The notes under the pieces: generated by a model | Databases searched by the model: none | The model's input: only the letters and a program-made list of their open reading frames with translations | Told to the model about the DNA's origin: nothing | Made by a program: the position numbers and the translations under genes | Assembly: GCA_947085655.1 (NCBI GenBank) | Contig: CAMTXH010000003.1 | Location: 29,850-93,849 of the forward strand | Source: an uncultured Omnitrophica bacterium | Lineage (GTDB): Bacteria; Omnitrophota; Gorgyraeia; JACQQV01 | Direction: 5' to 3' | Length of the DNA stretch: 64,000 nt | Shown here: positions 1-12,202 of the stretch, piece by piece | Numbering within the stretch: position 1 is the first letter of the stretch | Layout of the letters: each line of letters opens with the position of its first letter

Positions 1-1
1 T

Positions 2-382
2 TTTGGAACCGCGATCACGGTCGACCTTGTCTCAAAAAAAGGGGAGTATCTGGGCGGGGTCATTGCACCGGGAATGGGAATTTCTCTGGAGGCATTGAAG
101 GAGAAAACCGCCCTTCTTCCCAGGGTGAAGCTTCGCCCCCCCCGAACGCTTCTCGGGAGAGATACCAAAGGGAGCATGCTGAGCGGCGCTTTTTATGGCT
201 TTGCATCGCTCTGTGACGGGCTTGTCGTAAACTTGAGGAAAAAATATGGGGGAGGGATTCAGGCGGTTGCCACAGGCGGTCATTCCAATTTTATCTCATC
301 TTATTGTAAAAAAATAAATTATGTCAATCCGCATCTCACCCTTCAAGGGCTCCGGCTTATCTTTGAGGCGATTCGGAAATAA
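2..382 (+). CDS. coaX: type III pantothenate kinase, 5'-truncated at window edge
   Basis: The frame is open from nt 2 with no stop. The C-terminal translation FGTAITVDLVSKKGEYLGGVIAPGMGISLEAL...ATGGHS matches the CoaX/Bvg accessory factor family. Confidence 0.75.
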   Translation, partial: FGTAITVDLVSKKGEYLGGVIAPGMGISLEALKEKTALLPRVKLRPPRTLLGRDTKGSMLSGAFYGFASLCDGLVVNLRKKYGGGIQAVATGGHSNFISSYCKKINYVNPHLTLQGLRLIFEAIRK

Positions 383-573
383 GAGGGTTAGGATAAACTG
401 TGAGTCATGTGAGTATCTTCATAACCTGATACAAAATATAGAGTTAGAATGTGTATATTACAAATCATGTTTTACGAAAATAAGGTCCTATTGAAAAACA
501 TAGAAAAATTTAGAATTTATTTGAAAAATGAAGAAAAATATGTATAATCAGATGAGAACGGAGTTGAAAAGAC

Positions 574-638
574 TTGAATTTTGCCTGTTTTGGGCCTATT
601 ATAACCGCACGCTGGCAGTCATTTAAGATGAGTGCTAA
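574..638 (+). promoter_or_regulatory. sigma70-like promoter followed by CIRCE-like inverted repeat upstream of groES
   Basis: The promoter is TTGAAT (574-579), a 17-nt spacer, then TATTAT (597-602). The inverted repeat is CTGGCAGTC-N9-GAGTGCTAA (612-638). The right half-site matches the CIRCE consensus exactly and the left half matches 6 of 9. Confidence 0.5.
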
Positions 639-690
639 TCCTATAAGTTCCGTTCATTCGAATCGAAATCAATTAAAAAGGGAGGTAAAG

Positions 691-2623
<1,933 letters not shown>

Positions 2624-2631
2624 ATGAGACC

Positions 2632-2663
2632 CGAACTTATGGAACGTAAGTGACATAAGTTCG
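2632..2663. promoter_or_regulatory. perfect 10-bp inverted repeat CGAACTTATG-N12-CATAAGTTCG between groEL stop and second groES
   Basis: Read directly from the sequence. No T-run follows it, so it may be an operator or an RNA hairpin rather than a terminator. Confidence 0.4.
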
Positions 2664-2731
2664 TTGGCCGAATTTATCCTGAGGCCGTACAGGCCGAAGG
2701 ATCCAACACTGATATAGGATGGAGCATCGCA

Positions 2732-3019
2732 ATGAATCTGAAACCGATAGGCGATAAAATCATTGTCGAAGTCCTCGATGCGGAGGAAAGGACCAAAGGG
2801 GGCATCGTCCTTCCCGACACGGCTCAGGAGAAACCCCAGCAGGGGAAGGTGATTGCGGTCGGCTCCGGGAAAACCCTCTCCAACGGAAAGATTGTTCCTC
2901 CGAGCGTCAAACCGGGCGACCGGATCATCTTCGGAAAGTATTCCGGCAATGAGGTGAAACTCGATGAATCGGAATACCTCATTGTCAACGAAGAGGACAT
3001 TCTGGCGATTGTTAGCTGA
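2732..3019 (+). CDS. second GroES-family co-chaperonin
   Basis: The 95-aa product reads [44 protein letters not shown] and is clearly GroES-like. It sits immediately downstream of groEL. Confidence 0.85.
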   Translation: MNLKPIGDKIIVEVLDAEERTKGGIVLPDTAQEKPQQGKVIAVGSGKTLSNGKIVPPSVKPGDRIIFGKYSGNEVKLDESEYLIVNEEDILAIVS

Positions 3020-3039
3020 CCTTGCCTCGTTGCTCCAAA

Positions 3040-3071
3040 CCCCCTACCGGTTTGCCGGTAGGGGGTTTTTG
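3040..3071 (+). terminator. rho-independent terminator after second groES
   Basis: CCCCCTACCGG-tttg-CCGGTAGGGGG is followed by TTTTTGTTT. Confidence 0.85.
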
Positions 3072-3151
3072 TTTATCAACACAAGGTTGACATCCTGATG
3101 TAATTTTTATAACATAAGTAAATCCAACCAGTTTGAGGAGATGGCCAACCC

Positions 3152-4312
3152 ATGGGTGAGTTTGTTGGAAGAGGCCGGAAGGCCCGCCGCTGCTACGGAT
3201 TTGATGAAATTTCGCTTGTGCCGGGTCAGGTAACGGTGAACCCGGCCGAGGTAGACACCAGCTGGGAGGTGAACGGAAAGCGGTTCCGCGTCCCGATCAT
3301 TGCCGCTGCGATGGACGGGGTGGTGGATGTTTCCTTTGCCGTCAAAATGAGCCAGCTGGGAGGGCTGGCGGTGTTGAATCTGGAGGGAGTTCAGACCCGG
3401 TATGAAAACCCGAACGAGGTTCTGGACCGGATTGCCAGCGCCAGTGCCGAAGAAGCGACGAAGCTGGTTCAGGATGTTTACCTGGAGCCGATCAAGGAAA
3501 AGCTGATTTCGCAGAGGATCCAGGAAATCAAAAAGGGAAAGGGGATCGCCGCGGTCAGCACGATTCCCCAGAAGGCGGAGCATTACGGCCCGATTGCCCA
3601 GGAAGCAGGATGTGAGGTCTTCGTAGTCCAATCCACCGTCACCACCGTCAAGCATATCGCCACTGCCTACAAAATTCTCGACTTCCGTAAATTCTGCAAG
3701 ACGATGAAAATCCCGGTGATTATCGGGAATGCGGTGACCTATCAAGTGGTCCTGGATTTGTTGGATACCGGCGCAGCCGCACTCCTCATCGGAATCGGAC
3801 CGGGTGCCGCTTGTACCACGCGCGGTGTTTTGGGAATCGGCGTGCCGCAGGTGACGGCCACGATTGATGCGGCGGCCGCACGCGACTTTTATCATAAAAA
3901 GACCGGCCGATACGTCCCGATTGTGACCGACGGCGGGATGAACCGGGGAGGGGATGTCTGCAAGGCCTTTGCCTGCGGGGCGGATGCGGTGATGATCGGC
4001 TCCGCCTTTGCCCGCGCAAAAGAGGCACCGGGCCGGGGCTATCACTGGGGCATGGCGACGCCGCATGCCAATCTTCCGCGGGGAACGCGCATCCACGTCG
4101 GCGTGACTGGAACGTTGGAGGAAATTCTGTTCGGCCCGGCCCGGCTGGACGACGGATCCCAAAATTTGATGGGGGCGCTTCAGACCTGTATGGGCAACGT
4201 CGGCGCCCGGAATATCAAGGAACTGCAGCTTACCGAGCTCATCATTGCCCCGTCCATCCAGACCGAGGGAAAGATCTTTCAGAAGGCCCAACGGGTCGGA
4301 ATGGGGAAATGA
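3152..4312 (+). CDS. IMP dehydrogenase family protein lacking the CBS/Bateman insert (GuaB-like)
   Basis: The 386-aa product has the catalytic loop [20 protein letters not shown], which matches the IMPDH motif IGPGSICTTR. It is about 100 aa shorter than canonical IMPDH. It is followed by guaA with a 4-nt overlap. Confidence 0.8.
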   Translation: MGEFVGRGRKARRCYGFDEISLVPGQVTVNPAEVDTSWEVNGKRFRVPIIAAAMDGVVDVSFAVKMSQLGGLAVLNLEGVQTRYENPNEVLDRIASASAEEATKLVQDVYLEPIKEKLISQRIQEIKKGKGIAAVSTIPQKAEHYGPIAQEAGCEVFVVQSTVTTVKHIATAYKILDFRKFCKTMKIPVIIGNAVTYQVVLDLLDTGAAALLIGIGPGAACTTRGVLGIGVPQVTATIDAAAARDFYHKKTGRYVPIVTDGGMNRGGDVCKAFACGADAVMIGSAFARAKEAPGRGYHWGMATPHANLPRGTRIHVGVTGTLEEILFGPARLDDGSQNLMGALQTCMGNVGARNIKELQLTELIIAPSIQTEGKIFQKAQRVGMGK

Positions 4313-5856
4313 CCTCCTGTCACGAAATGGTTCTGATTCTCGATTTTGGTTCTCAATACAACCAATTGATTGCGCGCCGAATCCGGGAGCAGAACGTCTT
4401 CTGCAAGATTGTCCCGCACTCCGTCTCTCTTGAAACCATCCGGAAAGAATCCCCGAAGGCGCTGATTTTTTCAGGCGGGCCCGCCAGCGTCTACGGTCCA
4501 GCCGCACCCGATTGCGACAGCCGGATTTACGAGACAAACCTGCCCATTCTCGGAATTTGCTACGGGATGCAGCTTTTGGGGAAGCACTTCGGCGGCAAAG
4601 TGGTTTCCTCCCGGAAGCGCGAATACGGTCATGCGGAACTTTTCATCGACGACCGGAAGGACCTTTTTGAAAATTTTCCCTCCCGGATCCGCGCCTGGAT
4701 GAGTCACGGCGATTCCCTCGAAAAACTCCCGGAGGGATTCGAGCCCCTCGGTCACACCGACAGCACTCCCTATGCGGCCATAGCGGACCGGAAGCGCCGG
4801 CTTTACGGCGTCCAATTTCACCCGGAAGTCCAGCATACCGAACGGGGATCTCAGATTCTCTCGAAGTTTCTTTTCAAGATTTCAGGCCTTCGCGGCGATT
4901 GGTCCGTCCAATCCTACGGGGAGGAAAAGATTCGGGAAATCCGGGAGACTCTCGGAAAGGAAAAAGTTCTTCTCGCCTTAAGCGGCGGCGTCGATTCCTC
5001 GGTCACGGCAGCCCTTCTTCATCGGGCGGTCGGAGGTCAGCTCACCTGCATCTTTGTCAATAACGGGCTTCTCCGGAAGGGGGAGGAGGAAAAGGTCCGG
5101 GAAGTCTTCGGAAAGCATTTCAAGATGGACCTCCGCGTTTCGGATGCGCGGGAACGGTTTCTCACAAAACTCAAGGGCGTTCAAGACCCGGAACAGAAAC
5201 GGAAGATCATCGGGAACGAATTTATCCGGGTCTTTGAGGAGGAGGCGAAGAAAATCCGGGATGTCCGGTTTCTGGCGCAGGGGACCCTCTATCCGGATGT
5301 GATCGAATCGGTATCGAGTTTCGGAGGGCCCTCCGCTACGATCAAGACCCATCACAATGTCGGAGGACTTCCAGAGAAGATGCATCTGAAACTGGTGGAA
5401 CCGCTTCGCGAGCTTTTCAAGGACGAAGTAAGGCGGCTCGGAAGAGAACTCGGTCTTCCGGATGAAATTCTGAACCGGCACCCCTTTCCGGGACCTGGAC
5501 TCGCCGTGCGGGTTCTGGGAGAGGTGACGCCGGAAAGGATCCGGATCCTCCAGGAGGCGGACGCGATTTATCTCGAAGAGATTCAGAAAAGCGGCCTTTA
5601 CAACGATATCTGGCAGGCCTTTGGTGTGCTGCTGCCGGTGAAAAGCGTCGGTGTCATGGGGGATGAGCGGACGTATGAGGATGTGGTTGCCCTCCGGGCG
5701 GTGACCAGTCAGGACGGGATGACCGCCGACTGGGCGCGGATCCCGCCGGAAGTTTTGGGCCGGATCTCAAACCGGATTATCAACGAGGTCAAAGGAGTGA
5801 ACCGGGTCGTCTATGACGTGAGTTCCAAACCCCCGGCCACCATCGAGTGGGAATGA
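4309..5856 (+). CDS. guaA: GMP synthase (glutamine-hydrolysing)
   Basis: The 515-aa product has a class I glutamine amidotransferase N-terminus and an ATP-pyrophosphatase SGGVDSS motif. Confidence 0.95.
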   Translation: MTSCHEMVLILDFGSQYNQLIARRIREQNVFCKIVPHSVSLETIRKESPKALIFSGGPASVYGPAAPDCDSRIYETNLPILGICYGMQLLGKHFGGKVVSSRKREYGHAELFIDDRKDLFENFPSRIRAWMSHGDSLEKLPEGFEPLGHTDSTPYAAIADRKRRLYGVQFHPEVQHTERGSQILSKFLFKISGLRGDWSVQSYGEEKIREIRETLGKEKVLLALSGGVDSSVTAALLHRAVGGQLTCIFVNNGLLRKGEEEKVREVFGKHFKMDLRVSDARERFLTKLKGVQDPEQKRKIIGNEFIRVFEEEAKKIRDVRFLAQGTLYPDVIESVSSFGGPSATIKTHHNVGGLPEKMHLKLVEPLRELFKDEVRRLGRELGLPDEILNRHPFPGPGLAVRVLGEVTPERIRILQEADAIYLEEIQKSGLYNDIWQAFGVLLPVKSVGVMGDERTYEDVVALRAVTSQDGMTADWARIPPEVLGRISNRIINEVKGVNRVVYDVSSKPPATIEWE

Positions 5857-6164
5857 AAGAGACGACCGAAACGCAACTGGCAACTCTTTCAGCCCACTTC
5901 TCAAAACTGGAGCAATTTTGTGGCCGTCCGAAGGAAGGGCAAACGATCGGGGAGATTTTCCGGAAGCTTCAGGAGTCGATAGCATCTCTTGGGAAAGGAT
6001 CTCCTTCAGGACGTCGGGAATTGTTGGAGGATCTTCAGGTCCGTGTGTCTACCTGGCTGGAGGTATGGCCCCGTTTGGGGAAAGACATTGATTTCCGGAA
6101 TGCCGTGGCGCGGGAGGCAAGGATCTGGTCTAAGAAATTGGCGGAGGCGGCCAAACGGCCATGA
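5853..6164 (+). CDS. hypothetical protein
   Basis: The ATG overlaps the guaA stop (ATGA). The roughly 103-aa ORF has no recognisable family and is coupled in frame to flanking genes. Confidence 0.45.
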   Translation: MKETTETQLATLSAHFSKLEQFCGRPKEGQTIGEIFRKLQESIASLGKGSPSGRRELLEDLQVRVSTWLEVWPRLGKDIDFRNAVAREARIWSKKLAEAAKRP

Positions 6165-6937
6165 GACGGTTTGTCTTTTTCTTTTTGGCGGGATTCCTTT
6201 TTTTCAGTACCGGATGCGCCAGTGTTACTTACATTCCCCCCGCCAAGCCGGTCTCCCTTCCGACCGCCGATGGGATATTCCATATTGTCGGGCCCGGCGA
6301 GACCCTTTGGAACATTGCCCAGCGTTACGGCGTGGAGGTCCACGAGGTTCAACACCTCAACTATCTCCGGAATCCCAACGAGATCCAGGTGGGCCAGCGG
6401 CTGATTATCCCGACGCCCGACCTTCCGCCGCCGCTCATTACGCCGTTTGAGAGAATCTCGGCCGATCCTTCCATTGAGCGGAAGGTCGGTTACAAACGGA
6501 CTGACTCCAAGTGGGAATACATCACCCTTCACCACAGCGCGACGTCGCAGGGAAGCGCCGCCGCCTTCCACCGGGACCACAGCCGCCGGAAAATGGGGGG
6601 ACTTTTTTATCATTTTGTCATCGGAAACGGTCACGGTGCGAACGACGGGGAGGTGGAAGTCGGCTGGCGCTGGCACAAGCAGGTCCGGAGCAAGAAAGAC
6701 CGTCCGCGGGATATTCAGATCTGCCTCGTCGGGAATTTCAATGAGGAGGACGTTTCTTCGAATCAATTTCAGTCGCTCGTCAATCTGGTTCATGTCCTCC
6801 GCAAACAGTACGGCATTTCCCTCCGGAATGTCCGACGTCATCGCGACATCCATGGGACAACGACCGAATGCCCGGGAAGTCGGTTCCCGTTTTTCTGGGT
6901 TCTCTCAGAACTGAAAAGAATGGAAAGCGGCGGATAA
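6161..6937 (+). CDS. lipoprotein with LysM domain and N-acetylmuramoyl-L-alanine amidase (amidase_2/PGRP) domain
   Basis: A signal peptide carries the lipobox FSTGC. The LysM domain reads HIVGPGETLWNIAQRYGV...GQRLIIP. The amidase_2 Zn motifs are HHSAT ... RHRDI ... TECPG. Confidence 0.8.
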   Translation: MRRFVFFFLAGFLFFSTGCASVTYIPPAKPVSLPTADGIFHIVGPGETLWNIAQRYGVEVHEVQHLNYLRNPNEIQVGQRLIIPTPDLPPPLITPFERISADPSIERKVGYKRTDSKWEYITLHHSATSQGSAAAFHRDHSRRKMGGLFYHFVIGNGHGANDGEVEVGWRWHKQVRSKKDRPRDIQICLVGNFNEEDVSSNQFQSLVNLVHVLRKQYGISLRNVRRHRDIHGTTTECPGSRFPFFWVLSELKRMESGG

Positions 6938-9900
6938 TGCATCACGAAAATTTCGTCCACCTTCACCTCCACACCCAGTACAGTCTTCTCGACGGCGCCT
7001 GCTTCATCCCCCATCTCATGGAGATGGCCCGGAACTACAAGATGCCGGCGATCGCCATGACCGACCACGGGAATCTTTTCGGAACCATCGAGTTTTACGA
7101 CGAGGCGTTAAAGCACGGCATAAAGCCGATTATCGGGTGCGAGATGTACGTGGCGCCCACAGACCGCCGTGAGCGGGTGATGGACCCTCTGCACGGTGCC
7201 TCTTCGCATTTGATTCTTCTTGCGAAGAACGAAGCAGGGTATCGAAACCTGATGAAACTGGTGAGTGCCGGCTACTTCGAAGGGTTTTATTACAAGCCGA
7301 GGATTGATAAGACGCTCCTCAGAGAACATCGGGAAGGTCTGATCGGACTCTCGAGCTGCCTGAAGGGAGAGGTTCCCCGCTGTCTCACCGTCGGTCAATT
7401 AAACCAGGCAAAGGAAGCGGCCGCCTTCTTCAAAGAACTTTTTGAAGCGGGGGATTTCTATCTGGAACTTCAGGACCACCGTCTACCCGAACAGAAGAAG
7501 GTCAACGAGGGACTCATCCGGATCGGCCGGGAAGTCGGCATCCCCCTCTGTGCGACCAACGACGTTCATTACCTCCATCAAAAGGATGCAAAGGCGCACG
7601 ATGCCCTGATTTGCATCCAGACTCAGACCACCCTGGACGACCCCCACCGGATGCGTTACGTCACGCCTGAATTTTATTTCAAAAATCCGCAGGAGATGAC
7701 GGCCATTTTCAAAGACCTTTCCGAGGCGATCCGGAGCACCATTGAAATTGCCGAAAAATGCAACCTGGAACTCGACTTCAGCAAGACCCACCTCCCTTCC
7801 TATCCTCTGCCGGAAGGCAAGAGCGCGGAGGAGTACCTTCGCGATCTCTGTCACGAAGGTCTCCGGAGGCGCTACCCCAGGGTGGATGACCGGCTGACCG
7901 AGCGGCTGGAACAGGAACTGGCGGTGATTAAAAAGGCCGGTTTTGTCAGCTATTTCCTCATCACCTGGGATTTTGTCCATTACGCCAAGGCAAAGGGGAT
8001 ACCGGTCGGCCCCGGCCGGGGATCGGTTGCAGGGAGTCTCGTGAGTTACGTCCTCGGCATCACCGATATTGATCCATTGCGGTACGATTTAATTTTTGAA
8101 CGTTTCCTCAACCCGGACCGGGTCTCCCTCCCCGATATCGACATCGATTTTTGTTATGAACGGCGCGGGGAGGTGATTGATTATGTGACCCGCAAATACG
8201 GCGCGCAGAATGTGGCGCAAATCATCACTTTCGGAACGATGCAGGCACGGGCGGTGGTGCGGGATGTGGGACGCGTCATGAATATACCGTATCCCGAAGT
8301 GGACCGGATTGCGAAGCTGATTCCGTACGAACTGAACATGACGCTGAAGGATGCCGTTGAGCAGGAGCCGGAGCTGAAAAAACTGAAGGAGTCCAATCCC
8401 AAGGTTACGGAACTGTTGGAAACCTCTCTCTCACTCGAAGGATTGACCCGTCATGCCTCCACCCACGCCGCCGGCGTCGTCATCAGCGACCGGCCTCTCA
8501 CCGACTACATGCCCCTTTTCAAGTCGAACGAAGAACAGACCACGACCGGTTATGACATGAAGTCCCTCGAGAAAATCGGCCTTTTGAAAATCGATTTTTT
8601 GGGTCTCAGAACCCTGACGGTGATTGAGGAAACCCTCCAGCAGATCTGGGAGCAGAAAGTGGATTTGGATCTGAACCGCATCCCGCTCAATGATTCGAAA
8701 ACCTACCAGCTCCTTTCGAATGCGGAGACGTTCGGGGTCTTTCAGCTTGAGAGCTCCGGCATGCGGGACCTCCTGAAAAAGATGGGGCCGACCTGCTTTG
8801 AGGATATTGTCGCGCTCCTCGCCCTTTTCCGTCCCGGTCCGATCGGAAGCGGCATGGTGGATGATTTCATCTCCCGAAAACACAATCCCACCTTGATCCG
8901 TTACGATGACCCGCGTCTGGAACCGATTTTGAAGGAAACGTACGGCATCATCGTCTATCAGGAGCAGGTGATGCGGATTGCCAGCACGCTCGGCGGGCTG
9001 ACCTTAAGTCAGGCCGATTCCCTCCGGCGGGCGATGGCCAAGAAGGAACCGGAAATCATGGAACGGATGCGGCGGGACTTTATCGAAGGGGCGCTGGAGA
9101 GCGGAACCCCCAAGCGGGTCGCGGAGAAAGTCTTCAATTTAATCGAGTATTTTTCGGGGTACGGTTTTAATAAAAGCCATTCCGCCGCCTATGCGATGAT
9201 TTCCTACCGGACGGCGTATCTGAAGGGGCACTATCCGGTCGAATTCATGACCGCCCTTCTCACCAGTGAAAAGGACAACACGGATAAAATCGTTCAATAC
9301 ACGAACGAGGCGGCCCGGATGGGAATCCGGATTCTCCCTCCCTCGATCAATGAGAGTGAATCGAAATTCAAAAAGACCGGTGAGCGGGACATCCGCTTCG
9401 GTCTATCCGCCGTTAAAAATGTAGGACTGGGCGCAATTGAGTCCATTCTCCAGAGCCGGAAACAGGACGGCCCCTTCAAATCGCTCTTTAATTTGTGTGA
9501 GCGGGTAGAACTTCGCCTCGTGAACCGGAAGGTCCTGGAAAGTCTGATCAAATGCGGCGCGATGGATTCCTTCGGACTCTATCGATCACAACTTTTGGCG
9601 ATGCTGGACCAGGCCCTTGGCTCCGCCTCCAAACGGCAGCGGGATCGCCAGGGAGGTCAGCTCTCTTTCTTTGATGTCCTCGGAGAGGAGAAATTCGGGG
9701 AGGGAAGTTCTCTTCCGCCCCCTTTGAAAGAGTGGCCGGAACATCAACTTCTCGCTTATGAACGGGAACTTCTCGGATTTTATGTCACGGGTCACCCGCT
9801 TGCCCGGTTTGAGAAGCTCCTCCGGACTTACGGCACCTCCCTCGGTGCCCTGGGTCTTCATCCAGATGGTGAGTTCCTGTGTGTGGGCGGTATTTTGGGA

Positions 9901-10422
9901 AAAGTGCGGCTGACCACCACAAAGCGGCTTGGGGAGAAGATGGCCATCCTGACACTCGAAGATCTTGATGGGTCTGCAGAGGTGATCGTCTTCCCAAGCG
10001 TTTTTGCAAAGACCTATCATGCCATTCGGGAGAACGCCATCGTTTTTATCAAGGGGCGCGTCAGTCTCAAGGAGGAGTCCCCCAAGGTGATTGCGGAAGA
10101 TGTTGTCTTTGCGGAGGAAGCGAAAAAAAGATTGACCGGCAGTATCGTCGTTCATCTTCAGACCGCCGCTTTGGAGGAGAGCCGGGTGAAAGCCCTGCGT
10201 GAAATTCTGGCCCGTCATCCGGGAGAAATTCCGCTCTATCTGAACTTTAAGTCACCGAATCAACAAGAGTTAAGAGTTTTGGTCAATCGCTCCCTCTTTG
10301 TAGGGCCCACCGAGGCATTTGAGGCGGATGTGGAACGTCTTGTTGGAGAAGGAGTTATCGAATACCTCCCCCAAATCGTGCCACAAAAACATCTTGACAA
10401 CAAAAAGGCGGCTATGGTATAG
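6937..10422 (+). CDS. dnaE: DNA polymerase III subunit alpha
   Basis: The protein starts MHHENFVHLHLHTQYSLLDGA, a PHP domain N-terminus. The ATG overlaps the upstream stop (TAATG). The in-frame upstream extension to 6868 is unlikely to be real. Confidence 0.95.
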   Translation: MHHENFVHLHLHTQYSLLDGACFIPHLMEMARNYKMPAIAMTDHGNLFGTIEFYDEALKHGIKPIIGCEMYVAPTDRRERVMDPLHGASSHLILLAKNEAGYRNLMKLVSAGYFEGFYYKPRIDKTLLREHREGLIGLSSCLKGEVPRCLTVGQLNQAKEAAAFFKELFEAGDFYLELQDHRLPEQKKVNEGLIRIGREVGIPLCATNDVHYLHQKDAKAHDALICIQTQTTLDDPHRMRYVTPEFYFKNPQEMTAIFKDLSEAIRSTIEIAEKCNLELDFSKTHLPSYPLPEGKSAEEYLRDLCHEGLRRRYPRVDDRLTERLEQELAVIKKAGFVSYFLITWDFVHYAKAKGIPVGPGRGSVAGSLVSYVLGITDIDPLRYDLIFERFLNPDRVSLPDIDIDFCYERRGEVIDYVTRKYGAQNVAQIITFGTMQARAVVRDVGRVMNIPYPEVDRIAKLIPYELNMTLKDAVEQEPELKKLKESNPKVTELLETSLSLEGLTRHASTHAAGVVISDRPLTDYMPLFKSNEEQTTTGYDMKSLEKIGLLKIDFLGLRTLTVIEETLQQIWEQKVDLDLNRIPLNDSKTYQLLSNAETFGVFQLESSGMRDLLKKMGPTCFEDIVALLALFRPGPIGSGMVDDFISRKHNPTLIRYDDPRLEPILKETYGIIVYQEQVMRIASTLGGLTLSQADSLRRAMAKKEPEIMERMRRDFIEGALESGTPKRVAEKVFNLIEYFSGYGFNKSHSAAYAMISYRTAYLKGHYPVEFMTALLTSEKDNTDKIVQYTNEAARMGIRILPPSINESESKFKKTGERDIRFGLSAVKNVGLGAIESILQSRKQDGPFKSLFNLCERVELRLVNRKVLESLIKCGAMDSFGLYRSQLLAMLDQALGSASKRQRDRQGGQLSFFDVLGEEKFGEGSSLPPPLKEWPEHQLLAYERELLGFYVTGHPLARFEKLLRTYGTSLGALGLHPDGEFLCVGGILGKVRLTTTKRLGEKMAILTLEDLDGSAEVIVFPSVFAKTYHAIRENAIVFIKGRVSLKEESPKVIAEDVVFAEEAKKRLTGSIVVHLQTAALEESRVKALREILARHPGEIPLYLNFKSPNQQELRVLVNRSLFVGPTEAFEADVERLVGEGVIEYLPQIVPQKHLDNKKAAMV

Positions 10423-10452
10423 TAATCTAATAATGATAAGGGGTTAGGTAAA

Positions 10453-10498
10453 GACTCCTCCTTTTCGTATGCTCCCCGGAGGTCGATTTTTTTTCGTT
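10453..10498 (+). terminator. putative intrinsic terminator after dnaE
   Basis: An imperfect stem GACtcCTCC...GGAGGTC is followed by a T8 run. Confidence 0.4.
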
Positions 10499-10578
10499 CT
10501 CTATATTACCTATTTTATTTTAATGAAAGGGTTTGAGTAGATTGTCGGCATCCGGGTGCATATAAAGGAGGAATAAGG

Positions 10579-10851
10579 ATGACAAAGAAGGACATCGTCT
10601 TGAAGATTGCCGAAGAGACCGGGATCAAACAGGTCGATGTGAAACGCGTAGTTCAGCGGGCACTCGACCATATTGTCCAGAGTCTCCAGGCGGGTGAGAC
10701 CGTGGAACTGAGAAATTTCGGCATTTTTAAGGTCAAATCCAGAAGAGGTCGGACAGGACGGAATCCACGGACCGGCGAGAAAGTGCCCGTACCGCCCAAG
10801 AAGGTGGCGGTCTTTAAACCGGGTCTGATCATGAAAAAAGAGGTCCTCTAA
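10579..10851 (+). CDS. hup: HU family DNA-binding protein
   Basis: The 90-aa product reads MTKKDIV...RNPRTGE and has an AAGGAGG RBS. Confidence 0.9.
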   Translation: MTKKDIVLKIAEETGIKQVDVKRVVQRALDHIVQSLQAGETVELRNFGIFKVKSRRGRTGRNPRTGEKVPVPPKKVAVFKPGLIMKKEVL

Positions 10852-10927
10852 TCCAACTCTTGTCGTTGAACATCCTGCCGTTTTGACACACTTGTGGCCG
10901 CCGGCCACCCTCATTTGAAAGACATTC

Positions 10928-12202
10928 ATGCAGATTAAAGCCCTGCGGGGAACAGACGATCTCTTTTCGCCCGCTGTTGAAAAATGGCGGAACGTAGAGA
11001 CCGCTGCCCGAGCCGTTTTCAAAAGTTACGCCTTCAAAGAAATCCAGACCCCTTTGCTGGAAGAAACGCTCCTGTTTCAACGCGCCATCGGTGAGACGAC
11101 CGACATTGTTGAAAAACAGATGTACACCTTTCGGGACCGGGGGGAGCGGCTTTTGTCTCTCCGTCCGGAAGGGACTGCACCCGTGATTCGGGCCTACCTG
11201 GAGCGACACCTCGACCAAAATCCCGGTCTTTCGCGCCTTTTTTATATCGGACCGATGTTCCGGGCCGAGCGGCCGCAGGCGGGACGGCTCCGTCAATTTC
11301 ATCAGATCGGGGCGGAGGTGATCGGTTCCTATAGCCCCTATGTGGATGCGGAAGGACTTTCCCTCGTCACCCGTTTTTTTGAACGGTTGGGGCTTTCCGG
11401 AGGCCATCTCCATTTGAATTCCCTCGGATGCGAGAAGGACAAAAAGAAAGTTTCCGCCTTTTTAAAGGAAGCCCTTTCAAAAAAACGGTCCTCTCTATGC
11501 GCCGAATGCCGAAAACGGTTTGAGCGGAACGTCTTCCGGATCCTGGATTGTAAGGAAAAAGGATGCCGTGCGATTGTCCAGTCTCTTGCGCCGATTTTGG
11601 ATCAACTCTGTCAGGAATGTCTCACCCATTTTAAGGAACTCCAAAGCGCATTGAAACGGGCGGGAATCGGTTTCGTCCTTTCGCCGCACCTGGTGCGCGG
11701 GCTCGACTATTACACCCGGACCGCCTTTGAGATCACCCATCCCGCACTCGGGGCACAGGATGCCCTTTGTGCGGGGGGACGGTATGACGGACTGGTGGAA
11801 GCACTCGGCGGAAAACCGACCGGTGCTTTCGGTTTTTCCATCGGGTTCGAACGGCTCCTCATGACACTGGATGCCCAGAAAATTAATGCGGGCGTTCCGG
11901 AGTCCTTGGATGTCTTCATCGTCACGGTGGGGGAGGGAGGTTTTGAGACAGCGTTTGAGATTTCGGAACAACTCCGAAAAGAGGAAATTACCTCCCTTCT
12001 TGATTATGAAGGAAAATCGCTCAAAGCACAGATGCGGCTTGCCAATCATCTGAAAGCGGCGTGGGTGATCTTAGTCGGCGAAGAGGAGCTGAAGGAAAAA
12101 TCGGTCACCCTGAAGGAGATGGAGGGGGGTAAAGAGGAGCGGATTCCCCGTGAAAGAATCGTGAAGGAACTGCAGAACCGCCTGAAAAAGGTAAAGAGCT
12201 GA
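10928..12202 (+). CDS. hisS: histidine--tRNA ligase
   Basis: The 424-aa product has class II aaRS motifs typical of HisRS. Confidence 0.95.
   Translation: MQIKALRGTDDLFSPAVEKWRNVETAARAVFKSYAFKEIQTPLLEETLLFQRAIGETTDIVEKQMYTFRDRGERLLSLRPEGTAPVIRAYLERHLDQNPGLSRLFYIGPMFRAERPQAGRLRQFHQIGAEVIGSYSPYVDAEGLSLVTRFFERLGLSGGHLHLNSLGCEKDKKKVSAFLKEALSKKRSSLCAECRKRFERNVFRILDCKEKGCRAIVQSLAPILDQLCQECLTHFKELQSALKRAGIGFVLSPHLVRGLDYYTRTAFEITHPALGAQDALCAGGRYDGLVEALGGKPTGAFGFSIGFERLLMTLDAQKINAGVPESLDVFIVTVGEGGFETAFEISEQLRKEEITSLLDYEGKSLKAQMRLANHLKAAWVILVGEEELKEKSVTLKEMEGGKEERIPRERIVKELQNRLKKVKS

Noticed and set aside
3107-4537. 476-aa minus-strand ORF spanning the IMPDH-like gene and the start of guaA
   Set aside because: It is an antisense shadow ORF with a low-complexity Arg/Gly-rich translation. 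The + strand genes have clear family signatures.
6035-6853. 272-aa minus-strand ORF opposite the LysM-amidase gene
   Set aside because: It is antisense to a well-supported CDS and has no recognisable domains.
6868-6936. Upstream extension of dnaE
   Set aside because: It overlaps the amidase gene. The conserved PHP-domain N-terminus begins at MHHENF (6937).
10510-11022. 170-aa minus-strand ORF overlapping HU and the hisS start
   Set aside because: It is antisense to two well-supported genes and has no family signal.
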